Positions 13,987 through 28,800 of a DNA stretch of 54,599 bases are shown here, in pieces. The translations under genes were made by a program, and so were the position numbers. The notes beneath the pieces were generated by a model. That model was not told the DNA's origin. It did not search any database and saw only the letters and a list, made by a program, of their open reading frames with translations. How positions within the stretch are numbered: position 1 is the stretch's first letter; every line of letters starts with the position of its first letter. The DNA is from Paramecium tetraurelia (taxonomy: Eukaryota), in the NCBI GenBank assembly GCA_000165425.1, contig CT867994.1, positions 248,001-302,599 on the forward strand, in the 5' to 3' direction.

Positions 13987-16900
13987 TCATTAAATATTAC
14001 ATTACTCTTAATTGTCCTTTTTAGGCTTCTTTTATTTTGAATCTTTTTGCGATTTATCTTTTTGTTTTTTATTGCTTTGATCAATTATATTTTGTTTAAT
14101 AGCATCCAAAAATACTTCTCTTAATTTTTTGTTTTGATCCTCTTTTATAATTTTCTGATTACTCTTCTCTAAATATTTTAAAATAATCAAAGTATCTTCA
14201 ATTCCTTTTTTCCAATATACGTCTTTGCTGCTCTCCTCTGAAATATTTTCTTCATCTGATAATTTCTTAATAAATTCTATGAATTTTGAACTTGGTATCT
14301 CTTTTAATCCAGGTTACTAAGCTCGACTTAATTCAATGGCAGTAAATTAGACTTCTCTTTCTAACTCTGAAGGAGTAATAGCAAACAGTTTCAATATGTT
14401 AGTTAATAGCATTAATCTTTTCTTAAACTTTTCCTCTCTTTTATGATCCACCACAAAATTCAATGCCTCATTGATAATATGAAATGCATGTTCAGCTATA
14501 TGTACTGTTTCTAAGACTTTTGCTCCTACATTAAATGCTTTTTTGACAACATTCATTACTTTTTCAGATGTACTTTCTATCATGGCATTAGTATTCACTT
14601 AGAACAAGTTTGTAGAGATCTCAGACATAGCATGTAAATAATAATACAAATGCCAAAACAAAGATCTGAAATAGGTTAATTGATGTTTATTTTTATTTTA
14701 TTTTATTTCCTTCATTTCCTGTTCAATTTTAAATGAATCTTATTAAACCAATTAATTAATAACTTAATCCTATGAGCTTACTTTGGCTTAAAGTTCTTTT
14801 AATTATTTCTCCATCTATTAAAAATATGATATCATCATTTGTTGTGTATCAGCTTACTGATCTTGATTGATTGGTTGAACAGAATAAGATACAGATCTTT
14901 CAATACATGTTACTTTTTCTAAGTACTCTTATATTTATTCGTTATTTTAGCTTGTTTTAGGCAATTAGGCTATTTATTATTTCATTTTTTAAATTTCATT
15001 TTCGATCTAGGTGATTAATTTTACTTTTGTTTTAATGAAGTTCAAATTTCCTTAAGTTAATCTCATTTGACTAATTCTTGTGGTTGAGAGAGTGTCTATA
15101 TAAAATTATGCTTATTTATAATAATGAGTTGCTTTTTCAAATTATTGATCTGAATAATATCTATCTCCTAAGTTGGCCAAAAATAAAGGATTATCAGGAC
15201 AAAGTCTATTTGCATTTAATACATCTTATAGAGCTTCGTCTTTCCTACCAATGCTCTAAAGTAAAAGGGCTATTGTAAGATGTTACATTAACCTCTGTTA
15301 TTGTAGGCTAAATAGCTGTTAGAATTTAGTTCGATGGTTTTATTGTAATCTTAAAGTGCCAATTCTTTCTATTAAACTTGATTGTAGTAGATAGCTTCAA
15401 ATATATTCTCTTTTACCTCTGTTATAATAATTGGCCGCTTCTCCAGGATTAACTTCTATTGCTTTATTATAATCTTGTAAAGCTTCTTCCTTTTAAGCCA
15501 ATTTCATCAATAGAGGGGCTAAAAAAATATTTCAAGTTTATAAACCTCTACTAGAATAACCTCCAGATTCGTTTGGAATTATTTCTATCACCTTAGTAAA
15601 ATCATTTAAAGCTTCTTAGTGATTTTTCATTAGATCGTAGGCGTCCCCTTAATATTTTGTAAAGTATGATACCTCTTTTCAAGAGTGCACTTGTACAAGT
15701 TGGATTTATAATCAAAGCCTTATTGTATTCTGCTATTGCATCCTATGGCTTATTCAATTCTTTGAATATTAAACCTAGAATAAGCAAATCAAAATTACCC
15801 TTAACAATATAAGGAAGTTCATTTTTTGGATTTATTTCAATCGATTTATTGCAATCAGCAATAGCAAGCTCGATTTTATCGATGGATCTATAAAGCAATG
15901 CTACTTTAGGAATTGATGATACCTCTCTAATAATATGAAATAAATGAATTTGGAGCAATTTCAATTGCTTTATTATAATCTTATAAGGCCTTCTCATGCT
16001 CCTTGGCTGGATCTTGTAAAATGTTGCCTAAAAGGATCAAAAATAGTTAAATACCTCGACTGACATAATAATCAGCTTAATTTGGATTGATATTAATAGC
16101 TTCCGTGTAATCTTAGATTGCCTAAGAAATTTATTGTTTTTATTTATGTAAATTTCCTAAAAATATAAACTGTATCCCTTACCTCTCAAAATCAGAATAT
16201 GACTTTATTTTGGATTGATTTGTAAAGATTTGGTGAAGTCATCTATAGCTCTATCCTTCTAATTCATATCTGATAGCAAGGAAGCTCTTGAAGAATATGA
16301 AACCGCACTTTTAGGATTTAATAAAATCGCTTTATCAAAATCGGCAAGTGCTTTCTCTTTTTCATTCAATTTATTCCATAAAATAGCTTTATTAGTTGTG
16401 TAAAAATATGATACCTCTATTATGATAAGCCAAATAATTATTTTGATCTAATTCTGCAGCTTTATTGTAAGAGTCAAGAGCCTATTAGTTTTAATCCAAA
16501 GATTTCAGTAAATTGCCTAAATAAGAAATACTCCGATTAAATACCTAAGTTAACATGAGCATCATAACATCGTGGATTTATTTCAATAGCCTTGTTATAA
16601 TCATTTAATGCCTTATCTTTTTCGTTCATATTATAATATAAGATCCCTAATATAGAATAATATTCAACCTCTTTCAACAAGAGTATATGTGATTTTTGGG
16701 TCAAGTTCAACTGCTACATTCAAATCTTGAAGTGCTAAATCATTCTTTTATTATTTTTAATAAATTTTTGCTTTAGAGATATGATTACATTTATACCCCG
16801 ATTATAATAAACGATCACAATTTTTGGATCTATTTAAATTATCTTATTAAAATCTTGAAGGGCTAATTCATCTTAGTTTAGTTCTTTGTACAAATTTCCT

Positions 16901-18743
16901 TAAATTATTAATGAAATTACCTCGATGATGATATGCATTTAGATGGTTATGATTAATCTCTAAGATTCTATGAAAATCTTAAAATGCTCTTTCCGTTTAG
17001 TTCAATTACTTGAAAAGCAATGCTACATAAATTAAAAGGATTTGAAACCTCTATTCAATAACGCAACTTCATTATTTGGGTTGATTTCAATAGCTTTTGA
17101 ATAATCATTCACAGCCATATCAAGTTGATTAGTCAATTTATTAAGATCGCCTAATTCATTAGAATATGATTTATCTACCTCTTTTGAGATACAAATTCGC
17201 ATCTTATGGATTTAATTAGATAGCCTAATTCAAAAGGGTAATGGCAAGTTCATTCTATTATAATTCTTCCAAGAAAAGGGCTTCCATAACGAATTTTGAT
17301 ACCTTTTTTATAATAGACATTCGAATTTTTTGGTTCAATCTCCAAAATTTTATCATAATCTTTCGTTGCTAAATCATTCTAGCCTAACTGTTTATACAAA
17401 GTAGCTTTTCAATATATTACTAATTTACCTCGTCTAACGTAATTCTCGGTATCGTTAGGATTAATTTCAATCGTTTTCGTATAATCTTAAAGAGCTAATT
17501 CATTCTATCCGAGCTATTTTAGTAAATTACCTTTTATTAAAACCAATTTCTTACCTCTGAATTAGTAAATTTTTTCATCTTTTGGATTCAATTCTAAGAT
17601 TTTAGTGTAGTCACTTAAGGCTTTATCATTTTAATCAATTTCTTTATAAAGGATGGCTAAGAATAGGAATTCAAATGACCTCTGTTTTTGTAGGCTTTTG
17701 CAAATTTAGGGTTAACCGAAATAGCTTAATTGTACTCTTCAAGGGCCTTTTCTTTTTCATTCAAAACCTTAAAAAGCAATCCTTAGAAGTAAAACCATTT
17801 ATAAACCTTTATTCAAATAATAATTAGCAACTTTTGGATTTAACTTAATGGCCATATTATAATCTGAAAGTGCCTCTTCGTATTTCTCCAATTATTTCAG
17901 AAGTATTCCTTCCATAACGAAACAAAAAACCTCTGCACTCATAAGTTTAAGCTTTTTTCGGATCAAGTTCAATTGTTTTGTTGTAATCTACCAATGCTTC
18001 TTCTTTCTTATTCATATCTGTTAATAGTTCTGCCCTTTCAAAATAGGCATCGCTGGAAGTTGGCCTTATCTCAATTGCTTTATTGAATTCTAACAAAGCA
18101 TCCTCCTCCTTTTTTAGAGCACGGAGAATCAAACCTAATCATTCGTGATTTCCCTATTACCGCTTTAATAGTGTGCAGGATAATTCATTTAATCTAACTC
18201 TATGGTTTTCTAAAATACAGCAAGAGCTTCTTATTAACTTCCTGATTCCTTCATAATTATGCCTACGATGGCTTAAAATATTCATACCCTTAAAGTTAAT
18301 AGTTTTAGTTGACTAAGGATCAAGTTGATAATACATTTCAGCATCATTGAGAGCCAAATTGTAAGCTTTATTCTTCCTGAAGATAAGAGCTAAACTCACA
18401 TGGCAAAATACCTCTGTTATAATATGCTTCCTTCAGTTGAGGATTCAGTTAGATAGCTTTATTTACTTCTTCTAATGCTTATTTCGTATCTCCTTTTTTT
18501 ACTAAGATCTCAGCTAATAAAAGTATTGGTTTTTTTTACCTTTTAAATTTAAGGCTTCTGAATAGTTGGAATTTATTTTGAGGGCCTCATTAACTTCATT
18601 AAGAGCATCATCCAACACTTGATTTTAATGTAAGGTCTGGACATAAAATGTTTAACTACTTAAGATTTTTCAAAATGATCTTTGGCTTTATTCGACAATT
18701 CTTCTTGAGTTTCCTAATTTTATAGATTGTTGTCTTAATTCAT
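13987..18743 (-). CDS. Large TPR-repeat protein (~1,370 aa, ~28 TPRs) with coiled-coil/helical C-terminal domain and CaaX end
   Basis: Repeated A(L)xDYxKAI(E)(I/L)NPxxxxAYxNR units; about 26 tiny introns. The frame continues without a stop through 14820-14700 (QQMEKQLKELQAKV...EQEMKEIKQ...YFRSLFWHLYYYLHAMSE) to ...QEQQCNIQ-TGA at 13989-13987. Confidence 0.88.
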
Positions 18744-19682
18744 AATTTTATTTTTCAATATAACATTTTCGTAATTCCATATATAAAAAGTCCATATTCT
18801 AAATATTCTGGTGAATTAGTGTTTTATAATACAATATTACAATATGGATTTTATTGGAATATCAAAAATTCTGCATAAAACAAATCCTTTACAAAAATTG
18901 GAAAATTTTGAGAATATCTAGACATGGAAAATCATAAATTGAAATGTTGAAAATGTTCCAAGATAACTCCTTTTACATATATCATTAATCTCGCTATTAC
19001 ACGATTCTCCAATATGAATAATAATAATATATAATTATTTGAAATTCATCTCGCACTATAACCATTGCTATGGATTAAGGGTGTAAAATAAATTTATTTT
19101 TTTATAATAATTTCTTTGAAACGATTTTATAACAATAAAGTATGATATTAAGTCCTAAACAAATACTAACATTATTTTGAGAAATCATTAAAAGTAAGGT
19201 GCATTTTCTGTTGTCGACTTTGATTTAATATAAAAGTTTGAATAATAAATTGTATTTCTTTTGAAAGAGAAGATAGCAAAAAGGTTTTTCGAATTTATTT
19301 ATTCCTTCCTTTAAGGATGGTAGTTTAATTAAAGAGATTAGGCATTTGAGTAATGAGAATTACTATGTGGGTGATTTTAGAACTTTAAAGAATATAAAAA
19401 CGTTAAAAATCTTTTCAATATAGAATTATCAAATAACCCTCATAATCTATATCCAAAAACTGAAAATGGATTTCTAAATTATTCAAACTTAGAAACAAAA
19501 ATTTTAATCGAAATGAATAAATATTTAATATAGGTATTAAAAGTGATTCTACAAAACTGTATTATATATAGTTACAATTTTTTGGATAGTAATCTTTATT
19601 ATATTTAATCATAAGACATTAGACATAATGCTTTAATTTAGTTTTATCAATAAAAATATTTACACTTTGTTTATTATAACAT

Positions 19683-19707
19683 TAAGAATAAGAATAAGAA
19701 TAAGAAT
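19683..19707 (+). repeat. Short tandem repeat (TAAGAA)x4
   Basis: taagaataagaataagaataagaat in the intergenic region 3' of the fibrocystin-like gene. Confidence 0.8.
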
Positions 19708-19835
19708 GTAGAAACTAAAAATACAATTTGAATTTTACAAAGTTATGTGGTATCTACCAAATAGGTATATTTTAATATTTAAAAATGAATATTATAATAG
19801 ATAAATGGCACATACAAAAATTGATCATATCATTT

Positions 19836-22800
19836 TCAGATATTGTATTGCACAATGTCATCATCTATCTACTCTGGTTTTGACAGAATATCTGGGCTAC
19901 TCTATTGGTGGACTCTGGTCTTGAGCACATTTTGTCTTCTGTTCCACAAAGCACCAGAGATGATTAATGAAATTAACACTACACCTCCCACTGCGCAAAT
20001 GACTGAAATCAATAAAATATTATCGTTTGAATTGTCTTGAGGCTATTTGAGACCTTTTTTGTTTTGGTTTTGGATCGCATCTTCATCGTTTGAATCATCA
20101 TTCGAATTGCCAACATAATCATTTTGTTGGAGGATATCATCATTGAGGGTAGGATCTACGTAATCTTCGTCTCCTTGGTTGACAGGTTCATTTCCATAAT
20201 AGGGATCATTGGAGCCAGATGATGAACCAGAGTTGTTAGATGAAGGATCAGGTTGTTCGGTTGAAGTGAAATTAAGAGAGGTGATGGTTTGTATTTCAGC
20301 AGTGTTGCTGATGACGGTTCCCAATTCAACAGGATTAAAGGATTGAAGATTGGCAGCTATTTGTTCAAGATTTGATTGAGAATTTTGTGCTTCAACAGTG
20401 CCAATGTCTGCATTGTCAATAATGGCCCATTGAACGTCAACAAAGTTAGATAAGAATCTTCTGTTCTTTGACTTGTAGGTTCCGACAATGAAGTAATTGT
20501 ATGGATCACCTCCAAGAAGGGCAAATGCATATTATAAGAATTTGTCTCCGAAGAATTCCTCACTAGTTATTTCCAATCTAGTTGAAATCATCAAAGTGTT
20601 TTTGAGTGAAAGAGATACTTTGCAACCAGCAGTCACAACAAAGTGAATGGTACGATTTTCATAGAAATAGTTATTAGAACCACAAGCATCAGTATACTCC
20701 AAAAGATTCATGTGTTGATTGATCTAAAATTATGAATATTATAAAATACCCTTGTTAATCCAGGTTGAACTAATTTTCCATCGGCGCTTACTTAGACAAT
20801 GTTTGGAACATCGAATTGTAATTCAATGATCACCCACTCATTATTTGGTCCTGCAATGGTTCTCTTACTCAACCAATAGTCTGAATTGGTTGGATTCTCG
20901 CCCTTATTGGTCATGTTGATGGTGGTATTGATTTGAATAAGCCCAACGAATTTAGACTCTCTTGAGTTCTGAGGTTCAGGTCCATTCCAATTCCATTCGG
21001 CGAAGGCATTCAAAACGTTCTTGAATCCGGATCCAATCAAAGTAGTTGGTGAATAGAGCCTTAGATTTTGATCTGAGGCTGTACTTAGGAAGTTCAAGAC
21101 TCCAATATTGAATAGGGGACACCAATATCCATTCCACAATTCTTGTCTGCTGCAGTAGGTTGCACTTGGACCGAAATATGAGTTATTACCAATGGCCTGA
21201 CCCTTTTCGCCAAAGAAGTTACCAGTCTGATCTTCAACTAAGAAGTTCACCTAACCGATGCATTCCATTTGACCGCAACCTCCATACCATCCTAATTTAG
21301 CGTAATTGGGGTTTCTCAAACTATAGAGTAATGAATTAAATTCACAATTTTAACATAGAGTGTTAGTCAAGTAATGTTGTCCAACGACATCCAAGGCGTA
21401 TACGTTTTATCTAAAGACAGCATTGTTACTGCACTAGGGGAATTGCTCATAAACCAATCTGTAGCCATCGAATTAGACATTGTCAATATAGACTCTAGTA
21501 TCCATTCTTTGAATTGTGTTGATGATGTCAGCATTATTGGATGATCTACTGACTGGTGGATAGGCGTTGGATGACACAGAAACCAATTAGAAGGCAACAG
21601 TGTTGGTGCATCTCAAGCCTTCGAAGACAGCTCCTATGTAACCATTGGAAACTTAAACGACATTGGCGTAATTATTGGATGATCCTGGTTTGATAACAAC
21701 TCCTCTGTCAGCTTCAATAATTTAGAAGTCCTTTAATTTAAAGGTTTCAGTGTAAATGGATGCCATAACACCAACACCTGAGTTATAAGCTTGGAGTTGT
21801 TTGACCACATTGCATTTGGTGTTGGATTAGGTTATGTGGAAACATGCCTAAACTGTGTTGAAACATTGGTTTGAGAAGAAGCCTGCTTAAGATTCATCGT
21901 CACAATGAGTGGCCATGATGTGGAATCCTGTATCAGTGGAACCGATACCAACATTGTTAGAAACAAGGATGAAATTCCTGGTGATTTTGGTACCTGAAGC
22001 ATATCTGAAGGAAGCCAAGACAGCCCAATTGTAAGTGCCTGTGATAGCAGAATTGATTGAAATCACTCTCTTTTATACCAAAACCAAAGTATTCTATTAG
22101 AACTTGACGTATTTGGAATTGATGAATTGAACCAAAGCCTTCTATCCATTGTAGAACACATTTTGGAGAGCATTAACATATTCTGAATCTTCCACTTTGA
22201 ATAAGTAACCATCACTATCATGGAATGAACATCCAACTATATCACTAGAAGGAGCAGGATCTCCACCCACCGCACTTTAGAAATCTAAACCTGCAAATTC
22301 TTTATTCACTTATCCGACATTAATGAATTCAACTCCTTGTAATTAAACGTATCCTCTTCTCAATCTAGTCTTTTCAGTAAAGGCATAGACTAAGACTCGA
22401 GCTCCCCAGGTTTCTCCTGAGATTCTGATGTTTCTAGTTAAGTGTAAAACTGTTGCTCTGGTGTCTACGAGTGTACCAGCAGACACTCCATTGTGATTGT
22501 ATTTGAGGGAAACACTAAAGATGACAGTGGTTCCAGCAATCTAAGTGATTTGGACTTTTTCAGCTTCATCTGGATTGGCACCAGTGGGTGAAATGACAAT
22601 CCAATCACCAATTTACCAATCAGTAGTGTCTGTCACACTAATTGAAGTAGATCCAGCAGATGCAGTTGCTGTTAATCTGGCAACCTTGCTTTAAGGTACT
22701 TTACCATACAATTCTAATCCTCCAGTCACAGCCAAGACATTGTTTCCTGCCTCGATGTTATTATCAATTAAAAGTTCATAGTCACCTGAAGTACCAGTGA

Positions 22801-25800
22801 GGATGATGTTGATGATGCCAGTGAATGCTTGGGAAGCACTTCCTGCAACCAATCTACCATTTCTTACAAAGATCTTTCTGGCTCTTAAGGTAGTAACTGG
22901 TCTTCCATTGTCAAACCACAATTCTCCTAGAATCAAAATGGTATCGAATTCTGGGAGTTCGATATCAATGATGATGATGTATTCGTAAGAGATTGTGACG
23001 TTTTCTCCTGCCACTGGTAGTTTGCCATTTGGCCAAATTGATACGTCTGACCACTTCTTTTATATCTTCACTACCACATCATCAGTGTAGGCAGGACAAG
23101 TCTCTCTGCAGAAGATTCCGTATAAAGCAAGAGTATCTTATTGTACTCGTTATTTGCCTGAGACACAAATGTAGAAGAAGGATGTGCCTCTATCGTTGTA
23201 CCAGTCTCCGTTGTTGCAAGTGTTTGGATTTGGAATTTCTGGAACTTAACTGTAATTTGAAAGGAATTTGTGATTTCTGTTTCTGTAGACATCGAAGGTC
23301 TCTCTCTAAACAGTGTAGTTGAATCTGAATACAAGACCTGGTTCTTGAGAACTCATGTATTACGATGCCATGATGGATAGACTGAGCCAATTGTTGTACC
23401 AATTCACATTGTATGTGTATCCTAAGGCGAATTGAGATGCATAACTGTAGGCAATATCTCCACTCCAGATTCCAACGTATTATTCATATTGATATTTAGT
23501 CAATTCGAGTGGCAATGGGGCATTCAAAGAGGGAACTCTATAGATCCTCAAAGCTTGATTGACATGGGCATCGTAAGGAGTAGGGTAATTCAATACCACG
23601 TCTCTTAATTTGGTTTGTTGTGAGTTGCAAATCAAAGAATTATCCCATTAGGCATTATCTTAATGAGTGCATCCATTCAAACCATCCAAATGCAATTTAT
23701 ATGCCACGATCTAAGCTCCAGTGGGTATGTTGGTGAGAGTACCATCTAGATCCCAAAAGATCTCTCTTCTGAAATTGTTCCAATGAATGATTCTGGCACT
23801 AGCAGAATTGAGGATCTTAATTCCTTTGAAGTGTGTATTCTTTCCTCCTGTCACCCACACCAAGTAACTACTACAAGCTGAACATGACTCAATCAAGGTC
23901 GATGTACTTGGGAAGTTGGCAAATCTGATTGTATCAGCCAAGAATCCGTTGGTTCTGGGCACAATCAAACCAGTACTAGTTTGTGAACCAACAATAACAA
24001 AGTTCCTAATGGTTGTACCTTCAGCGGAATAGTTGGCTTTGTGTTACTGATAACCAGCAACCTTCGAACTTGCAATCAACACATTCTCAATCACAACATT
24101 ACCCAAATTATCAGCCAACACACCAACTTAAGCATTAGCCCAGGTGGTGAATCCGGACAATTTAGTTTGAACACTTGGATTGGCACTAAATGGATCATCT
24201 AATGCATCATTTCTATGAGTAACACAAGGGGCCACTTTTGGAATCAGAGTTCCGATTCTTAAACCAACTCTACCAGTTGAATGGGCAGCATTGTTAGTGA
24301 AGTTCAACAATGGAACACCATTTGGACACACATCACTTGTAGAGGCAACACCTGAAGGATTTGATTTGAATGCCAAGTAGAATCCATACCATTCTGCTCC
24401 ACCTACTCTATTATTGAAGAAGGTATTCTTGGGGTTGGTAATCCAGAAGGCTGCTGCTGTTGCATCTGATTGATACAATTACCAAGAGGACTTGACGACA
24501 GCCACTAGATTGTGTTCGAAGGTGTTGAACATTTCATTACCATTTTGATTGTAGATGGCATGACCAACGATGCTGTAACAAATGTTGTCAGACACTTCCA
24601 AATGTGATACACTTTGTAATCCAATGCAACGAGCATTTGAATTGTGAATTGAATTGCTTCTGATGTATGAATTGGACACCACTCCATTGTTATTGAAATT
24701 GATGGGGAATCTATTCAAATATCTTTATTGACCACCATTCACTATTTCGACATTCTCAATTCTCACTTCAGTACCATCATCTTGTGTTCCTTAGATGTAA
24801 ATGTGAACTCCATGGTAATTTACTAAATCGCCTTAGATTCTAATGCTTCTAGTCAAACATCCCACTTCCACTTTTCTTGGGAACTCAACTCCATCAAAGT
24901 ACTCTGATACTGTTTCATGAACATAATTCAAAGTCTAATTCAAAGTCAAGGTTCTTTTATCAACAGAAATAGCAACGATCTTTCGAACTTCAGCCTCAGT
25001 TTAAGCTTAATTACTGGATGTAATGATGATTTCATCTCCAACCAACCAATTGACTGGCTCATCTACAGTTAAGGTGCCATCATTTGTAGTAGTTTATGAC
25101 AAGAGAGTCCATGATGGAGTTCTATCTCTACCATGAATATCGATTTGACATTCGTTGCAACCAATCATTTTGTTACCCATATTTGGATATTAGACTCCTC
25201 TCTCCTCTCCTCTTATGGTAATCTCAACTTTATGTTAGTGTGGGACTTCCTAAGTACCAATTTGGAATGTTCCTCTATTAATAACAACGTATTGTGCATC
25301 CAAAGAAGTATCAGCATCATCTGCAAATACCAAATTACCCTCTACCAAAACTTGCACCAATTTTGGAGTATGTACATCGACAATTAAGGTGGCACCTTAA
25401 TATACCATCACTGAATCTCCATCTGATGGGAATACGTATCCTCCCCAAGTCTTGATGTCTGACCATCTCTATCCATAGATGACTTGAGCATTGTTTACTG
25501 CCTCATCTCCATCAACTACAACTTTGAATTTGTTGGTCACACTGGCAGTTGTCACATCCTTCAATCCACTCAAACATTTGATTTCAGTGGCAGTCACAGA
25601 TTGAATTTGGCATTCGATGTCATCAATAAACACTGAGGTTGATCCTGAGACGAATCCTGTACCAGTGATGGTAATGACAGTCTAAGTGTGAGGGGGAATG
25701 TCCTTGGGCAATACAGTGCTGATGACAGGAGTGGCAGATGGATCGTAGGTGACACTAGAGTTGATTACTCCCATAGATTCATCGTCAACAAATACTTCAG

Positions 25801-28800
25801 TATCACAAGAAGAACTGGTCTCGTTGTCTGAATCATTTTCAAGCCATCCTCTGAAATCTATGTCAGCAATCTAACATCTGGATCCGCTTGTTCCTCTGGG
25901 ATCTATGAATTTAATGGCTCTGATGTTATCCAAATCAGCCTCCTTATTGTGATGTTCGGGTTCATCATCTTTGTCTTTGCCACCGTGAGAGTTCTTTTCT
26001 TTTGAATCGTCGCATTTTGTGGGTCTTTGAACATTCCATCCTTTGTGGACATCGTCATCAATGGTGAACCAATCTTTGAAGGTTACACCATCAGTGGAAT
26101 ATTGGAATTTGGCTCCTTTCAAATAAGAGGCACCAACATCGATTCTAGGTAAGAAACTAAGGTGGTCCAATTTCATTTTCCTGTTCTTTCCAAAATCAAT
26201 TTACACCCAACAATTTGTAGCTGAATTTGAAACATGATAAGTAGTTTCGGATTAATCAAAGAATTTCTTGACTACACTCTTGTCTGTGACATCTGAAGTC
26301 ACTTAGAACTCCTCATGATCAAGTTTGTAATTCTTGGATTTCAATCCCTTCTACACCTTCTTAGCCCAAGCTGGGTTGAAATCTGGTACTCTGCATAAAA
26401 TGCTATGATAATTCACATTCAACAAGTCGCATTTCTTTCCACAAACCTTGACATTGTGACTCTCATGGAAACCATGACCATGAATCTCCAAATGTTTTCC
26501 TCCTTTGCATGATGCCTTGGGTAATGATCCACTCAAAACTGGATTTTAGAAGATGATCTTCTGGTATTACCATGTTGTCCACAAAGCTACTTTGTCATCG
26601 CATTAAACAACCACATCAAATTATCCCAAAGGCACATTGGCGAAGGAAACTTGAATCAATGTGGCATTACTAGATACAATGGTACCTACGATATCATCAA
26701 GTCCCTCTTTCTCCAAATGGACATCCAAAGTTGTAGCACCCAAATTAGTACCAACTATATTGAAAGTCAAGGTCTCAGTTGATGCATTGTAAGTATAAGC
26801 TGACTTTCCAGACACATAAACAATTCCAGCATTATTATTGATCTAAGTGATAGCTGGTTGACCAACATTGGTAACCTACAGATTGGTTGGGAATTAGCAA
26901 GATGATTTTGTTTACAAGTTCTTTCTAACGTCACGATAGAGTATTTTCACACCGTATCCAGCATTGGCTGTGATTCTTGGAGTTCTGCACTTCAATTTTC
27001 TATGTCCAGTCTTCTTCACTCTCAAACACTTCCATGTTCCAATGTACACTTCAATGTCATTGTCATCTCCAAATCCACTACCACTAATTTCGATATCCTA
27101 TCCACCTTGTACAACTGTGGTTGTTGAAATTGATGTAATTTGCAATTCAACATTAGTAATCCACATTCCAGTGGCATATCCAGTGGATGTCTGGATTCTT
27201 GTCTTGTACTCACCTTAAGGTAAATCAGGAACTGTATAGATCAATTAGCCAGTCTCTGAAATTGTTCCAGTTACTGAGTATTTCTCATTGAACACTACAG
27301 TGACTGATTATGAAGTTGTGGTTATGCATTGTATGTTTTCGACTTGATCAACTGTGTAATTCTTAACCTTATCAAAGATGTAATCGTTCCAGAAGGACAA
27401 GTCTCTTCTTGGACTGCTCTCATAAGTTTAGTAGTGACTAATTCCAGTAGAAGACATGGTTCTTTTTGGTTCTGGATGTTCTCTCTTTTGAACAATATAC
27501 TTTTAATAATCTGGTAATCCGAGTTGATCTTCAGATAATAATCTTGCACCTGCACTTGCAACTGAGTCAGATGGAGCACCACAGGATAGAGTCATGGTGG
27601 AATCATAAGTGAACTCGCAAGATCCTTGGCAGACTGAATCAAACAGAATTCTGGTTGTAACTATGACCCTTTGGGGTGTTGTGTATCTGAAATGCTTTGG
27701 TGGAGTGACACAGTACAATTCTGTTGAAGTGGAAGCATCTTCATCTAAATCACAAATCCAATTGATTTCATCACCAATAAATACGATGGTCTCTTGAGGC
27801 ACAAAATTGAATCCATTAATTTTGATTCTAGTTCCTCCTGCTTCACTTCCTGTAGCATTGTCAATACTGGTTATCACTGTGTTGTATTGGAATTTGTTGG
27901 CATCTCCAGCAGCTGTTGCTTCTCCTACTCCAGCTCTGTTCACAATGAATCTATATTCTCCTGGGAGACCTCCTCTCAAGTAAACAACTATTTGGTCATC
28001 TTTTACACTAACCACTGGGCATTAATATGTTTTATCTGCATTCACCAATTCTACTGTGATATCAGATGTGACTAATCCAAATCCAGTACCAATGATAGTG
28101 TTGAATCCCTTATAAATGGGAGTTAATATGGTCTCTTGCACTCTTGTGATCGTAATGTGAATTGTATGATCATAGGTGAAATCAGCATTTTGAGCTTGTC
28201 CATCCTTGAAATGCAAAACAATGATTGAGTCAGGCATTGACTCTACGTATGTTGGAGTCTTAATTACGACTTAGTTACTTGAGGTAGATTTGATGACAGT
28301 CTAAACTCCTCCAAGATAAACGCTTAAATCTTCGGTAATTTCTTTAGGGAATCCCTTGCCAAATAGGGTAACGACAGTGCCACCATCTTCTGATCCACTT
28401 GTTGGATTGATGTGGGTGATTATCAATGGGGCTTAGTAGGGAAGTACACTAGGGTCGATATCTGCATTTCCATATTCCTCATAGTGGAAGACTGGGAAAT
28501 ACTTTCCATATTCAAATTCTGTTCCATCGACAGTGCAAGTGAAATCGTATTCATAATCATCAGTTTAAACCATTACAATGTCATAGCAATCATAATCTCC
28601 GAAACTAATTGTGGAGAGGGTGTCATCCAAACTGTTTCCTAATGTAGTACTACCAACTGTTGATATGTGGAGACTAAGAGTAGTAGCTTCATCATAAGTG
28701 AAATCAGTCATGGTCAGTTTCAAATCAACTGGAGCATCCAAATTGCAAGCACCTTCTTGAGCACAAGCACTTAATAAGCCATCTAAAGTGATGGAAACGG

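Noticed and set aside
14347..14715. A separate gene downstream of the TPR gene
   Set aside because: It is in frame with the TPR gene with no intervening TGA, so it is that protein's C-terminal domain.
15270..18660. Regular ~126-bp periodicity as a CRISPR-like or satellite array
   Set aside because: Explained by 102-nt TPR exons plus ~24-nt introns; no conserved nucleotide repeat.
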